Shown piece by piece: positions 63,230-64,000 of a DNA stretch of 64,000 nucleotides. Below the pieces are notes generated by a model that saw only the letters and a list, made by a program, of their open reading frames with translations, did not search any database and was not told the DNA's origin. Each line of letters begins with the position of its first letter. Within the stretch, counting starts at the first letter, position 1. Origin of the DNA: Ophelia neglecta (Eukaryota). A program made the position numbers and the translations under genes. Location: NCBI GenBank assembly GCA_965285935.1, contig OZ260663.1, positions 59,086,001-59,150,000 on the forward strand, in the 5' to 3' direction.

Positions 63230-63828
63230 GTGAGTCTTGCCCTATTTCCACCCCACCGGTGAACTGTAGGGCGCGCCCTCTACTGGGCTGTATAGGTGTC
63301 TCAGCCGTTTGGCAGGAAGGAGGCACATTGCACACATACCCATCTGCATCTTCACCGATGTCGGTCCCCTATTGAGTTGTTTCTTGAGTTTGCTTCATTT
63401 GGCCTAGCATTTGGTTGTATTGAGTTGGTTACACTTTAGTTTGCCCTCCCAGTTTTTGTTTTCTCTATGCGAATACTGCATAGGGAGGAAGGAAGGAGAG
63501 CCAACCACCTCATGGCAAGAAACCTGTAGCAGCAATCAAGTGCCTTACATTACCAGTTTCACACAGAAACAATATGAAAGCACTGCTACAGTCCAGCTCA
63601 CTTATTAGTTGATCTAGCTAGCAGTTCAATGTAATTTTTCCGTTTCACATAATATTTTGATGGTTGTGTGTATTAGAGATGCCATTATTTTGACAACCAT
63701 CACTGAAGTGCCCCAGAGAGCTAATGTTATAAATTTCAACTAGAAAATGCCCAGAGAATTAAAACATTGCCTAATTTTGAGCGGCACTTCAGGACGATAA
63801 ATGGCATGTAATAATATGATATTGTCAT

Positions 63829-63945
63829 GAGGACACCCGCTCCATTCCACCCGGTGGCAAACATGCAATGGCTCCGGCGGTCACTTGGCGGCCAGCCATA
63901 GCCTGTTTGCGGCGGTTGAAGATAGAGCGGGGGGTGACTCGCCTC
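63829..63945 (+). other. Predicted ~115-nt intronic RNA hairpin immediately upstream of the FN3-7 polypyrimidine tract
   Basis: In-register pairs: GCAAACA 63857-63/TGTTTGC 63904-10, GC/GC, ATGGCT 63868-73/AGCCAT 63894-99; outer CCCGCTC 63836-42/GAGCGGG 63925-31 and GAGG/CCTC. Confidence 0.6.
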
Positions 63946-63968
63946 TTGTTTTCTTTTTTCCCCAACAG

Positions 63969-64000
63969 TCCCTAGCGGAGCACCCCAGAACTTCACGGCA
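63969..64000 (+). CDS. Lar: LAR RPTP exon, start of FN3 repeat 7 (IPSGAPQNFTA...), truncated by the window end
   Basis: Long pyrimidine tract ttttcttttttccccaacag|; PSGxPQN FN3 start, in frame with the previous exon. Confidence 0.9.

Noticed and set aside
46088-63335. Minus-strand ORFs at 46088, 56440, 59047, 61447 and 63096
   Set aside because: Antisense shadows of the GC-rich + strand Lar exons.

Overview
Eukaryotic (animal) genomic DNA: AT-rich, with CpG-poor introns and CpG-richer exons. An invertebrate, possibly lophotrochozoan, origin is my impression only. The window is the 5' half of one + strand gene, a LAR-family (type IIa, Lar/PTPRF/PTPRD/PTPRS-like) receptor protein tyrosine phosphatase. 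I spliced an open frame by hand from a signal-peptide exon (ATG 1568) through Ig1, Ig2 (2 exons), Ig3, FN3-1, FN3-2 (2 exons), FN3-3, FN3-4, FN3-5, FN3-6 (2 exons) and the start of FN3-7 at the window edge. All introns are GT-AG and nearly all are phase 1. The transmembrane and phosphatase domains lie outside the window. The most interesting signal is in the introns: frame-preserving cassette exons and micro-exons (159, 81, 24/6, 12, 9, 9 nt) at the inter-domain linkers, one of them at the vertebrate mini-exon B position; candidate stop-containing terminal or poison exons; clusters of ACTAAY (Quaking/STAR-type) motifs; and a long RNA hairpin with a competing long-range pairing in the FN3-6/FN3-7 intron. 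Together these suggest an undescribed ectodomain splice code. The introns also hold several minisatellites, a decayed Harbinger-type transposon and RFX X-box palindromes. All alternative exons are predicted from sequence only and need RNA evidence. Most ORFs in the supplied track are spurious.
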